Source: Octopus bimaculoides
Taxonomy: Eukaryota
Direction of reading: 5' to 3'
DNA length: 50,788 bases
Assembly (NCBI RefSeq): GCF_001194135.2
Contig: NC_069000.1
Location: forward strand, 9,955,056 to 10,005,843
The notes below the pieces were generated by a model. It saw nothing but the letters and a program-made list of their open reading frames with translations. It ran no database searches and was not told where the DNA came from. Below are positions 33,843 to 46,943 of the stretch, one piece after another. Positions within the stretch are counted from its first letter, which is position 1; the number at the start of each line of letters is the position of its first letter. Made by a program: the position numbers and the translations under genes.

Positions 33843-34460
33843 ATGTCTCGAGAAAGAATGGACGGTGATTCTAGAACTGATGGAAATACAAATACTTTGG
33901 AGAGTAATCCAAGTATGAGCAATTTCCTGCGAACATCGAACGATTCCTGGCCAACATCACGTCCACCACCTGCTTCCAGCAGTCATAACAACGAAGAAAA
34001 CATAGAAATGATAGAGCTAGGAGAATCTCGGCAGCATCCGAACCAACAACGCATTATTCCTAGTCATTATGAGCCACACTGGCTCTATCTACTCCTCTAT
34101 CTGGCGTTATCTATGTTCAATTTCTGCAGCAGCATTATACATCTGTTGAAATTATCTCACGAACTTTCATATACTATAGCAGAGTATTTAATCATCCCTC
34201 TAGACTTGGCTATATCGGCCGGCTCGTTGATAATCTTCTGCATCGTTTTCCCGTTTTCGAAACGAAAGGCGGCTTTCCCAAATCGCACTCTCGTCCACTG
34301 TCTCATATGCAGTTCGTTTAAGCTGGCGGCTGCAACCATTATCTTCGGTTTACAACATGACTGGCTTATGTTGGCAATTCTTATCAATTGTGTCGCGCTC
34401 TTTAGCCTGCTGTGTGCACCGAGAATGATGTCGAATTTTAAAGTTGTTCAAAATCTATAA
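33843..34460 (+). CDS. Orphan 4-TM family paralogue 8 (205 aa)
   Basis: MSRERMDGDS, NNEENIEMIEL, four TM segments, ends SNFKVVQNL. Upstream block at 33536-33583. Confidence 0.9.
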   Translation: MSRERMDGDSRTDGNTNTLESNPSMSNFLRTSNDSWPTSRPPPASSSHNNEENIEMIELGESRQHPNQQRIIPSHYEPHWLYLLLYLALSMFNFCSSIIHLLKLSHELSYTIAEYLIIPLDLAISAGSLIIFCIVFPFSKRKAAFPNRTLVHCLICSSFKLAAATIIFGLQHDWLMLAILINCVALFSLLCAPRMMSNFKVVQNL

Positions 34461-35019
34461 CGAACTTTACATTCAATCATTACATTTATTAATTTTTTAC
34501 TTTTTCATGTACTTCAGCTTTTAATATTTCAATTGGGTTAATTAAAACAAGTTAATTAAAAACAACTAAATATAAACAAATGTTTTAAATACAGTGACTA
34601 CGCTGTCACGGGTTAAAACCCGAGTAAGGTTATATATATATTTTTTCAATATTTCTTAACTTCATTGCATTAGTTTTATACCTCTTTTTATCTTTTTTAG
34701 CTTTGCATAAGGTCTTATGTTTTAAACGATGCCAGAAATGCATGTAGGATTCAATACTTAAACTATGTCTACAACACAAAACCAGATTCCTGTAGAATAA
34801 CAATAATTCCATTTTGTGAACTATTTCTGTAATGGTGGGGTGGAATTGCACGAAAATTTCTGCTCAAAACGTTGAAACTCGTGTCTCCTAAGGGAAGTGG
34901 TTCTCAGTTGAGGTCTACATAGCCCCCAGGACCCATATAAGACTTTTGAGTGTTCACAAAATATAATAAACTGAGGATCCACAATTATATTTTAAAGGCC
35001 CCAGAAAAAATTTTACTCT

Positions 35020-35659
35020 TGGTGGTTCCCAAACTATGAGTCGCGACCCATCAGTGGGTCGCAAAAAGTTATAAAATTACGCATTAGCTTTGATTAACTG
35101 CTGCTGTCTATCGAGATAGTTCAAGACTCAGGTTTTCAATACCAGACTGGTTGTTTTATCAAGCAGTAGGCTTTTTTCACGAACTTAACAAATCAGAGGT
35201 GGTCATTTTTTCAAGTTATTTATTCGTACGTAATCGTAAAAAGGAAAAGTCTGTTTTTACCTATTTATAGAGAACTTTAACTAGGCGCAGTACAACACTG
35301 ATCGAGCCGATAACAGTTACTGCTTCGAGGTTTTGTATTAGAGTTAATACCTGCCCATAGGGTATGGAGATGTTGAAACAGTTATAAAACGTTTTGGTTC
35401 ACATTTAATATAAATAGTAAAAAATTTAAATAAATAAGACAGTATGGATTTCGCTAATAAGTTTATAACTTATTCAAAAAAAGTATAGGAGTGATCACCA
35501 GGAGGCTCTTAATTAGCCAATGAAATTATTGGAATAGACAGCAGCTAGACGGTAGATGGATCAATAGAGTCTATCTGATAAACGGTAGGGTTAAGTGGGT
35601 CGCCATAAACTGGTGTCATAAATAGTGGGTCGCGCCTCTAAAAAGTTTGGGAACCACTG
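35020..35659. mobile_element. hAT-type non-autonomous element (MITE)
   Basis: Terminal inverted repeats gtggttcccaaact (35022-35035) and agtttgggaaccactg (35644-35659), with subterminal gggtcgc motifs. Confidence 0.7.
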
Positions 35660-36825
35660 CCTAGACATATGTATTGGTATGTATTGCAAGAAACAGCTAG
35701 GTTTCTTTCTCTTACATTTTACATAGTTCAACCTACGTAAGTTAATATGGGGGGAAAAAAACAAAAGAGAGATTTTGAAAGAAGTTTCTATAAATGTAGT
35801 TTTTATATATCGAATGGGTATGGAGGCCCACCAGAATAAAATAGTAGTAACCAAAGGGGTCTTTGGGCAACAGATGGTTGAGAAACACTGCCTTGAGGCA
35901 TATAGAACTTGTAAACAACTTTTGCCGATGGAGACCACAACTATTATCTTCACGCATTAAACTCGTTTCTTCACGATGTCTTTTTTTTTAATAACTTTTA
36001 GTTGGATACGGTGTGAATCTACGTTGGAGGGAGGGGAAAATGGCTTCTAATTTGCAAGTCAATTGTAATTTCTGATTTTAAGTTATTTCATTAAATATAT
36101 TCAAAGATTATATCTAGTTGTCTGAATTACCTTTTTAAATTGTGTGTGATGGAGGAAACGTTTTCTGATCAAAACATTTCTATAAACTCTTGAGTCTCTA
36201 AAGTTTTAATGCCCAATCGTAATTCTACCATTTTGATTACTGGGTAAGGCACGAATATAAAACTCACTCTCTCCTCCCCTCCCACTCTCCCTCCCCTCTC
36301 TCCTGTGCTCTCTAAAGCTAACTCACAGATTCAGTTGGTCACAAATACTTTTAAAACAAAGTTATATATATCTTCTGTAATATAAATTTGTCCTGTCGCG
36401 GAATTAAAACGATTTCAAGTAAGTGAGCGGAATCTTTTGACTTACGAATTATTTATGTTCACCATATCCTAATTATCAAATATCTACTGCATAAAATCAC
36501 AACTGAACAGTAGGACTAAATAATTTAGGTGCTGTGTTGAATCGGATTTATGAATTGTAGTAGTTAAACCGGGTTTGATATTCTCAAAGCAATGTCTCTT
36601 TTACTTGTTTCAGCCTTTTGACTGCAGCTACGCCTTAAAGGTTTTAATTTTTTTTTTTTTGTCGAAAAGATCGACTCCAGGACTTATTCTTTGCAAGCCT
36701 AGTATTATTCTATCCTACTCTTTGGCCGAACCGTTAAGTTACGGGGACATTAACACGTCTACACCGATTGTCAAGTGGTGGGGGACACAAAGACACACAT
36801 TTATATATGTATGTATACATGTATA

Positions 36826-37973
36826 CAGGGATTGGACAAAATAATGGAAACCCTTTAAAATTTCAAACAAATTTATTTTAATATGAGACAGGACCGTCTT
36901 TGGCAGTAATTACAGCTTGAATTCTACAAGGCGTGGACTCGTACAAAGTTTGTATTGTTTCCAAAGGAATTTTTGTCCATTCTTCAGCTGATAGTCTCTA
37001 GTTCTTGTAGTGATGATGGTGGAGGATATCGACTCCTTATTTGTTTTTCTAAAATGCACCATAAATGTTCAATAATATTCAAATCTAGGGGCTGTAGTGG
37101 CTAGATAAGATGTTCAACTTCACTAGAATGTTTTACATGCCATTCAGTAACAACTTTAACTGTGTGAATTGGTGCATTATCATCCTGAAAGATTGTGTTT
37201 CCCTCCAGAAATAGTTCCGCAACCATAGGATGAATTTGATCAGATAAAATGCTTAAATAGTCTTGACTATTAATTCTGCCATGAAGGGTAGCCATTTCCA
37301 AGATATAGCCCCGCCCCCGCCACCAAGATCATCATAGATCCTCCTCCATGTTTAACAGTTGGAAGAAGGCAGTCTGGGTCAAATGCTTCTTTTGGCTGTC
37401 TCTACACGTATACTCGGCCGGAGGTCGGAAATAAGGTAAAGGATAATTCGTCCCAGAAAATAACATTCTTCCACTGCTCTAGGGACCAGTTTTAACTTCA
37501 ATCTAAACGCTTTGCAACGTTTGCTTTTGAAAGTAGTGGTTCTGCAGTAATTTTTGGAGCTGTAATTTTGTGATCCTTTCTAACAATTCGCGTAAGAGTC
37601 CGACGGTCCCTGTCTGAAAGTTTTGCTTTTTTTCCGGAGTTTTGTTTCGATGACGAGGTTTTTCCCTCTTTCTCAAAGACTGCCATTACTTTTGAGACAG
37701 TACTTCTTTATACACCAAACATTTCGTCTATTTTCGTTACGCTAGCGCCTACTATACAATTTGACCTCTTTGAAAGTCCGATAGATCTGTCATTTTAATG
37801 AATTTTAATTACCTTTTTCTGATCATATCTGAAAAGAAACAGCAATTTTAGCAAGACATATTAAGCAACACTACTAATAAATAAAAAATAAACAAGCTTT
37901 TGACGGTTTTATAGATATTTCAAAATTATGATGATATGATGCTAGGTGTTTACATTATTTCGTCCAACTCCTG
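36826..37973 (-). mobile_element. Decayed Tc1/mariner transposon
   Basis: Left TIR TA|cagggattggacaaaataatggaaac with a degenerate inverse at 37948-37973. Transposase remnants IFQDDNAPIH, (W)PQ.PDLNIIEHLW and GKKAKLSDRDRRTL. Confidence 0.9.
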
Positions 37974-38377
37974 TGTATGTGACGGGCTTTTTTGTCCTTT
38001 TTGTTTTTCAATTTCGAAGAATTTTCTTCTTTAGGTTGTCGCCTGAGTATAATTTTATTTTTTATTTCCGTAAGTGCACTGCGTTAATGTTCGGGCATCG
38101 CTTGAAAGGGTTCGTCGAACAAATCGATGCCACAACTTTTTTCTACGTCTGGACTTATGTCAGTTACTTTTGCCCGAACTGTTAAGAAGTGGGGGGCGCA
38201 CACACAAACATACACGTACACACTGTCTACTAAATTCCCTCACAAGACATTGGTCGGCTCAGGACTATAATTGAAAACACTTGCCCAAGGTGCCGCTCAG
38301 TGGAACTGAACCTGAAACCACGTGGCTGTAAAGCGAGCTTCTTAAACTTTCTCTCATGCTTGAGTATCTGAAACACT

Positions 38378-38562
38378 GTGGAGGTGCGATGGCCCAGTAG
38401 TTATAGTAGCGGACTCGCGGTCGTAGGAACGCGGTTTCAATTCCCAGACCAGGCGTTGTGAGTGTTTATTGAGCGAAAACGCCTAAAGCTCCACGAGGCT
38501 CCAGCAGGGATGGGGGGTGGGGGTGGCGAACCCTGTTGTACTCTTTCACCACATCTTTCTCA
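38378..38562 (+). mobile_element. SINE family 1, 5' part
   Basis: Homologous to the head of 3390-3773. Confidence 0.8.
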
Positions 38563-39034
38563 TATACAAAAGTATGGAGTAACCCACTGGATTAATGTAA
38601 AACGGTTTTTATTATAACTGAACATAAAAATAAACATTAATATATANNNNNNNNNNNNNNNNNNNNNNNNNNNNNNNNNNNNNNNNNNNNNNNNNNNNNN
38701 NNNNNNNNNNNNNNNNNNNNNNNNNNNNNNNNNNNNNNNNNNNNNNNNNNNNNNNNNNNNNNNNNNNNNNNNNNNNNNNNNNNNNNNNNNNNNNNNNNNN
38801 NNNNNNNNNNNNNNNNNNNNNNNNNNNNNNNNNNNNNNNNNNNNNNNNNNNNNNNNNNNNNNNNNNNNNNNNNNNNNNNNNNNNNNNNNNNNNNNNNNNN
38901 NNNNNNNNNNNNNNNNNNNNNNNNNNNNNNNNNNNNNNNNNNNNNNNNNNNNNNNNNNNNNNNNNNNNNNNNNNNNNNNNNNNNNNNNNNNNNNNNNNNN
39001 NNNNNNNNNNNNNNNNNNNNNNNNNNNNNNNNNN

Positions 39035-39065
<31 letters not shown>

Positions 39066-39599
39066 GCAAAAATGCTATTTCTAAAATCTCTCTCAGAGAT
39101 CAACACAGTAGTTGTACTGACAAGTAATATTCGTAGCCACTTTAACATGACTGTCCATTCTAGCAGACTCTACTGCTATTTTTTAACCCCAAGAAGACAT
39201 CACCTCCAGCTGGTTAACGATGCACAGCTACATCCAATCGGAGTTCACTAGAACGAACAGCCATGTTAAAATGGCTATGAATATTACTTACACACACACA
39301 CACACACTGAATGTTTGAAGTTTTGATCCCTTCCAGTAACAGGATTATAAAAATACTGTTAATGGCAGTACAATGATGAAACCTGTCTCCTTCACTAATT
39401 CTGTCGTACACAACGCATTTATTGTGACCAGACCATATTATCAGGAACAATACTTTGGTGAATAGCAGGCAAGAAGCTATTTCATTGCACTGGTTGGCCT
39501 GCAAAGGTCCTGTACTGATGCCATGTAAAAAAGCACTCATGCCAGTGCCACCTAAGTGTGAGTATGTGTGGTGTCACATAAAAGCACTTGGTACACTAT

Positions 39600-39845
39600 G
39601 TGGAGGTGCAATGGCCCAGTGGTTAGGGTAGTGGACTCGCGGTCAGAGGATCGCGGTTTCGATTCCCAGACCGAGCGTTGTGTGTGTTTATTGCGTGAAA
39701 GCATCTAAAAAAGCTCCAAGAGGCTCCAGCAGGGGGTGGTAGTGATCCATGTTGTACTCTTTCACCCCCAACTTTCTCTCACTCTTTCTTCCTGTTTCTT
39801 GAGTAATGCTGCAATGGACTGACGTCCTGTCCAGCTGTGGTCACA
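39600..39845 (+). mobile_element. SINE family 1, 5' part
   Basis: ggaggtgcaatggcccagtggttagggtagtggactcgcgg... head. Confidence 0.8.
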
Positions 39846-40231
39846 AAATGACAGACAAAGCCTTTCATTGAAAGATAGCTTTATCCAGCAGCTACTTTGA
39901 CAAAAATTGTATTAAATAGACTTCTTCTTGAGCTCTCATTTTCGTTGCATTTTCAGATGTTAAACTTCTGCTTTTAGAGTCATGCTTGAATGGAGCTTCA
40001 AGTTGAAGGCAATATCTGTTTCAGTATCAGAGACCAATATTGTTGGCCTGAAGGATTCTATTCTAAAACTGAAAAAAGCAGTGGGCAGAATACTAGAGAT
40101 ATTTTTTTCAGCAACATTGTCTTTTTAACTGAATATTTTGTTATTTTTACCTCTAGCTGTGAGATGAAAATGTAATAGATTTGTTTTTTTTCTTAAATTC
40201 CAATTTAATATTAGCCATTTTCCCCCCTTAG

Positions 40232-40298
40232 ATTCTCCAAGATTGGTGGACGGCAACTTGCTGTTGATAATGACTCAAATACTTGGCGTGTTTTAGCT
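40232..40298 (+). CDS. Putative internal coding exon of an unidentified plus-strand gene
   Basis: Acceptor ccattttcccccccttag| and donor |gtgagt. Only one frame is open: FSKIGGRQLAVDNDSNTWRVLA (phase 2 to phase 0). Confidence 0.35.
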
Positions 40299-40942
40299 GT
40301 GAGTAACCTCATTTTCTGTTATTTAACCTCCAACCATTTATAGAAATTAAATTACTTTATTTAACCTGAGGTCATTGAAAAGAATTCAATAAAATCTCTT
40401 ATTTACTCTCTGTCTGCTATGAGAAAAAATGAATAATTTCTCTTAATTTTAGAAGAAATTGTTATTTAACCTTTCTGAATCTGAAGAGATCGGATGAAGA
40501 ACGTTTTAGCTCTGGGTGGTGGATAGCTAAATAATCGAACTGAATATTAATGGTTTTCACATGAAAAGAAATACCCTAACTATTCACCAATAGAGAACCA
40601 AACCAGCAAACTGATGCTGAGATTCATCAATTCACAGTTTTAGTCCTGCATAACTTCATTTCATGGTTGTTCACTTCTCCATTGGAAAAATCTTTTAACA
40701 TTCACTAAACACAAATAGAAAAAAAGAAAATGTTTTACAGCACAAGTTCCTAAGGTGAAGAAAGATTTGGACTTCTGTTTTTCATCCCAGATGTGGTTGT
40801 GTGGTAACAGGCTTGCTTGCCAATCATGTGGTTCCAAGTTCAGTCCCACTTTGTGGCACCTTGGGCAAGTGTCTTCTACTGCATCGGGCTGACCAAAGCC
40901 TTGCGAGTGGATTTGGTAGACAGAAACTGAAAGAAGCCCGTC

Positions 40943-40988
<46 letters not shown>

Positions 40989-43811
40989 ATTTATATTTAT
41001 ATATATATATATATTTATATTCATATATATTTATATTTATATTCATATATATTTATATTTATATATATACATATATATATTNNNNNNNNNNNNNNNNNNN
41101 NNNNNNNNNNNNNNNNNNNNNNNNNNNNNNNNNNNNNNNNNNNNNNNNNNNNNNNNNNNNNNNNNNNNNNNNNNNNNNNNNATATATAAATAAATATATA
41201 TATATATATAAATAAATACATATATATATATGTGTGTGTGTGTCAAGGCATGTGGCTCAGTGGTTAGAGTGTCATGCTCACCATTATGAAGTAGTAAGTT
41301 TGATTCCTGGTGGACTAGGCTGTGTGTTATGTTCTTGAGTAAGACACTTTATGTTGCTCCAGTTCACTCGGCTGTAGAAATGAGTTTGTATTGTCACTGG
41401 TGCCAGACTGTACTGGCCTTTGTCTTTCCCTTGGATAACATCGGTGTCGTGGAGATGAGATGGATGGGTGACTGCTGGTCTTTCATAAAAACAAGCCTGC
41501 CTGAACTTGTTCCTTGGAGGGTAACTCTCTAGGTGTAATCCCATGGTTGTTCATGACCGAAAGGGGTCCTTATATACATACATGTACATGAAGACCAAAC
41601 AGTACATTTACTGATGTTTTGAAAATACAAAGGGGAAAGAAAAAAAGATAATCAAAAAAAAAAAAGCACACAAATATTGGCAAAGTTGATTTATTAACTT
41701 ATTTTGTAATTATTTTTTCTGTCTTGACATTGCTTTTTACATTAAATATATTTTCCACAAGAAATCATTGCTACAAGTAACCACCTGGTTTCCATCTGAC
41801 ACCTCTGTACAACGTTACACATTTTGCCAGTCAAAAACAATCTGTCCTTCACTCTCCACTTATTTCTTTTCTTTTTTTGCTTGTTTAATCTGTTGTAATT
41901 GCTGTAAATTGCAGGACGGAAGGAAGACTCCCTTCCAACCGTCTTTGAATCAACAGAATATAGAGTAGGAACTAAGACAGATAGGAAGTGACTTTCTCTT
42001 AGCAATCTGTGGATATTTTTTAGTTTTTAGAATGTGGTGGGGGTGGTGTTTTTTTCTTTATAACCTTTATATACTTTTTTTATTTTTTAATTATATTTTT
42101 TTTACAAATAGTTGGCAATATCTGAGGAGGGGTAGGGGGCAGACAAAACAAGGTAAAGTTATTTAATATATAGAGAGAGATAAGGGAAAGGATGATAACA
42201 AAAAAATCAAGGAATTGCATTGGGTTGGGTTTGTTTGAGGACAGCAGCAGACATAGAATGGTTGGGCGCTTGAATGAGTGGCTGGTTGGTAGATACTAGG
42301 GAAAGGAAAGCATCATGATGGCCTTGAATGGCTCGGGATATTTCTCTAACATTGATGGATGGGAGGAAGGGATTAGAAAAAGATAACAAAAACTTAACGA
42401 AACAAATACTTTAAAATTTAAAAAAAAAAAACAAAATAAAAACACGAAGAATACTTAAGAAGGGAAGAATACAAAATAAATTTGCATGAAAAATGTGAAA
42501 AAATAAATAAGTAAAAACCATTAGGACAAAAAACCAACAACAGATGAATTTCATGTGATAAAATAATGTGTGTGTTTTTGAATGAGTATATATATGTAAA
42601 TATATATATATATGTGTACATATACACACACGTATACATACATGCCTACAGTTGATTTGTGTACGTATACATCTGTTTATTAATGTATCTGAAGAAATCA
42701 AACTTCAATACCATTGGTAAAAATTTGTCTTCTTCTCAAAGAAGTCCGTTTCATTTGATAAAAGTTATTAAACTTCATTTCATTAATCATCACATCATTA
42801 TAATAATCAACAGGCTTGATTCAAGAATGTAGTATCCAGTTTATTTTGTTTTTTCTTCACTTTTTCTTTCTTTTTTGCAGAAGAAATTTATATCTTTGTG
42901 ATTTAAAAAAAAAAAAAAGAATATTCAGATGTTTGTCAATGTTTAGTAAAAAAAGAAACAAAAAAGATTTTACTATGTAGCATTTTCAGCACACCCCCTC
43001 CCCTCAAATTATCACCCAATACTGACCAGACAGTAATACGGCTTGAAAATACAGATTTGTGAATGGTGGGGGAGAAAGNNNNNNNNNNNNNNNNNNNNNN
43101 NNNNNNNNNNNNNNNNNNNNNNNNNNNNNNNNNNNNNNNNNNNNNNNNNNNNNNNNNNNNNNNNNNNNNNNNNNNNNNNNNNNNNNNNNNNNNNNNNNNN
43201 NNNNNNNNNNNNNNNNNNNNNNNNNNNNNNNNNNNNNNNNNNNNNNNNNNNNNNNNNNNNNNNNNNNNNNNNNNNNNNNNNNNNNNNNNNNNNNNNNNNN
43301 NNNNNNNNNNNNNNNNNNNNNNNNNNNNNNNNNNNNNNNNNNNNNNNNNNNNNNNNNNNNNNNNNNNNNNNNNNNNNNNNNNNNNNNNNNNNNNNNNNNN
43401 NNNNNNNNNNNNNNNNNNNNNNNNNNNNNNNNNNNNNNNNNNNNNNNNNNNNNNNNNNNNNNNNNNNNNNNNNNNNNNNNNNNNNNNNNNNNNNNNNNNN
43501 NNNNNNNNNNNNNNNNNNNNNNNNNNNNNNNNNNNNNNNNNNNNNNNNNNNNNNNNNNNNNNNNNNNNNNNNNNNNNNNNNNNNNNNNNNNNNNNNNNNN
43601 NNNNNNNNNNNNNNNNNNNNNNNNNNNNNNNNNNNNNNNNNNNNNNNNNNNNNNNNNNNNNNNNNNNNNNNNNNNNNNNNNNNNNNNNNNNNNNNNNNNN
43701 NNNNNNNNNNNNNNNNNNNNNNNNNNNNNNNNNNNNNNNNNNNNNNNNNNNNNNNNNNNNNNNNNNNNNNNNNNNNNNNNNNNNNNNNNNNNNNNNNNNN
43801 NNNNNNNNNNN

Positions 43812-43866
<55 letters not shown>

Positions 43867-44410
43867 CATAATACCACACTAATCACTGAGGTCACATGTC
43901 AAACTATATTCAACCAATCACTGAAGAGGAATTATTGCCCATAAATCCTTCCTCGGTTCAGTGGACACAGCCTTTTTTTTTTCTTTTGCTTTTTGTTTTT
44001 TGAAAGTTGTTCATCTGACCAGTTAAAGGTATTTAATTAGTTTCTTTGAATATTTTCATTTTTTTTTTATTATCTTTCTTCTCAGTACAAAATACTTCAA
44101 TTTATTTAATTTTTTTGTGTGTGTGTGGTTTAGATCCACTTTTCTTCCCTTCCATAGGATTTCTTTATTTTGTGCTTGTTGCCTTGCATGACCTAGTCAT
44201 CCAGCAGAGTGAGTCAACCAAGTAGTCTTTCATATCACATGGCTGTTTCTTTCCTTCCTTCATTCCTTCCTTCTTTCTTTCTTTGAATTTTTTTTTTTTT
44301 TTTTTATACCTTTACAGCAAGCATGAATTCAGTTACCTCCATCTGTGCGCTGAACAAATCTCACTGAAAAAGATAACAAATGATGAAAATTCTTTTACAT
44401 GCATACATAG

Positions 44411-44573
44411 GTGCAGGAGTGGCTGTGTGGTAAGTAGCTTGCTTACCAACTACATGTTTCCGGGTTCAGTCCCACTGCGTGGCACCTTGGGCAAGTGTCT
44501 TCTACTATAAGCCTCAGGCCGACCAAAGCCTTGTGAGTGAATTTAGTAGACGGAAACTGAAAGAAGCCCGTCG

Positions 44574-44604
<31 letters not shown>

Positions 44605-44985
44605 CTGTNNNNNNNNNNNNNNNNNNNNNNNNNNNNNNNNNNNNNNNNNNNNNNNNNNNNNNNNNNNNNNNNNNNNNNNNNNNNNNNNNNNNNNNNNNNN
44701 NNNNNNNNNNNNNNNNNNNNNNNNNNNNNNNNNNNNNNNNNNNNNNNNNNNNNNNNNNNNNNNNNNNNNNNNNNNNNNNNNNNNNNNNNNNNNNNNNNNN
44801 NNNNNNNNNNNNNNNNNNNCTGGTGTGTTTACGTCCCCGTAACTTAGCGGTTCGGCGAAAAGAGACCGATAGAATAAGTACTAGGCCTACAAAGAATAAG
44901 TCCTGGGGTTGATTTGCTCAACTAAAGGCGGTGCTCCAGCATGGCCGCAGTCAAATGACTGAAACAAGTAAAAGAGAGTAAAGAG
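44411..44985 (+). mobile_element. tRNA-derived SINE (family 2) with internal (TA)n
   Basis: Head gcaggagtggctgtgtggtaagtagcttgc and tail aaggcggtgctccagcatggccgcagtcaaatgactgaaac. Other copies at 45785-46173, 40790-40945 and (minus) ~36587-36800. Confidence 0.85.
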
Positions 44986-45784
44986 TATATATACATCAGC
45001 TATATTCCATCTGGTGAGAGATACTGTAATTCATTGTGTTTTTGTTCACTTAGACATCAGTTAGGCTTCTGCTGTAGATACGGTACTTCAGCCCCTCAAA
45101 AGAAGTATCCATGTAATAGTTGACCCCATAAGTTTGACATTAAAAAATGGTCTAAAACATCTGACTTTTACACAAGTATATATATTCAGTTTCTTTCAAC
45201 CAAATCCACTCACAAGGCTTTGTAATTGGCCTGCTTGTGTACAGCCATTACATTCACATGTGCTCAAAGACATGCAAACAGAAAGAGCTCGAAACAGGTA
45301 TTAAAAATGACAAGTGGTCAAGGATGGACTACACCGACAAAAGATCCTGATAAACTCATACTTGTGATCATTGCATGCAAACTATTTCAGACCATTCAAA
45401 ACCCTGACCCTGTCTACCTACACATAAGTGTTATACTCTTATATTAGTTTCAATCACTGTTCTATGGTACATCTGCAGCACTGGATTCAAGGGTCCCCCT
45501 CCCTTTTCTTTTCTTTTAATAAGTTATATCAACCCCACTACTTATTTTGGTATTCATTGTAATATTTGAATTAGTTAAGTCCACAAGAGTTATGTAGCTT
45601 TAAAGAGTTACTTCCCCTATAAAGTTTTCACTGTCGTATCTGCAATGCATGCGCATATCTGAGTTCACGATAGGCTTCGTACAGGGCTGCCAACTTTGTG
45701 CCTGTTGCACTAAATTTAGTGCCCTTTTCACTATTTTCAGCGCAAAAATTCATTTTGTCACATGCTTTCGCAATTTTAATGTTT

Positions 45785-46173
45785 AGGAGTGGCTGTGTGG
45801 TAAGTAGCTTGCTTACCAACCACATGGTTCCGGGTTTAGTCCCACTGAGTGGCACCTTGGGCAAGTGTCTTCTACTATAGCCTTGGACCTTGTGAGTGGA
45901 TTTGGTAGACGGAAACTGAAAGAAGCCTGTCGTATATATATATATATGTGTGTGTGTGTGTATATGTTTGTGTGTCTGTATTTGTCCCCCCCAACATCGC
46001 TTGAAAACCGATGCTGGTGTGTGTGTTTATGTCCCCGTAACTTAGCGGTTCGGCAAAAGAGACCGATAGAATAAGTACTAGGTTTCCAATGAATAAGTCC
46101 TGGGGTCGATTTGCTCGACAAAAGGCAGTGCTCCAGCATGGCCACAGTCAAATGACTGAAACATGTAAAAGAG
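45785..46173 (+). mobile_element. tRNA-derived SINE (family 2), complete copy
   Basis: Colinear with 44411-44985. Confidence 0.85.
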
Positions 46174-46943
46174 TAATATACATCTTTAAAAGAAAAGTAT
46201 GAAAAGAGAAAATTACCTGTGCCAGGAACATTCTGTGCAAAGAAAGAAAGCAAAAAAGCCCAAGATGAATGATGATAGATAGATAGATATCCTATAATAT
46301 TACATCAAAGGGTTGAAATTTCAATTTAACTTCAAAAATTCACCTCAAAACATTACAAAACTCAAAGAGAATCTTTAAAATATTTAAAACAATAATTCCA
46401 TTAAAAGAATTTGAATTATTGAATCTAGCTTTTAACAGAACTATTTAACCCTATCACCACCCCCTTCAAATATGCTGAAAGTTGGGGGAGGGGTCTCTCA
46501 AGATACCATCCTATCTAACCTATTATGTTATCAAAAAATATAACAACCATTGGGGATATATTTAGTGATGTCTGTAATTTATGGACACCCTATATATATA
46601 TATATATGTATATATGATATTTATCATGTGAACTATGATGAATAAATATGAAAGATATGGTATGCAATTTTTTTTTGTGCAGGGGTTCCTTGAGACATGT
46701 AATTTATTTCAAGTATTACGCAAGGTTAAAAGGGTTGTGAAACACTGGTGATGAGATTTTGAACCTAAATTGTAAAGGGATGTTACAAATTCCATAAATA
46801 TTTTGTCTGACATTAATAGGAAAAGCATGAACGTCACAACAGCCTACTTAGTTCCCCATAAAAGTGAGGCCATTTGTCTTTAATGTAGAAAGTCGACATG
46901 TTACTCAAAAGTTATTGGGATTTATTTATTGTAAAAATTATCA

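Noticed and set aside
1347-34460. Assigning the family to tetraspanins, claudins, innexins or cephalopod chemotactile receptors
   Set aside because: There is no large CCG-containing EC2, no W-GLW-C-C loop, no large Cys-bearing innexin loops, and no Cys-loop extracellular domain. A MARVEL-like fold cannot be excluded without a profile search.
45628-45780. Protein-like stretch GTKLAALYEAYRELRYAHALQIRQ as a downstream exon of the polyQ gene
   Set aside because: There is no acceptor (it abuts a SINE), and it contains cagggctgccaact, a hAT-type terminus, so it is more likely transposon-derived.
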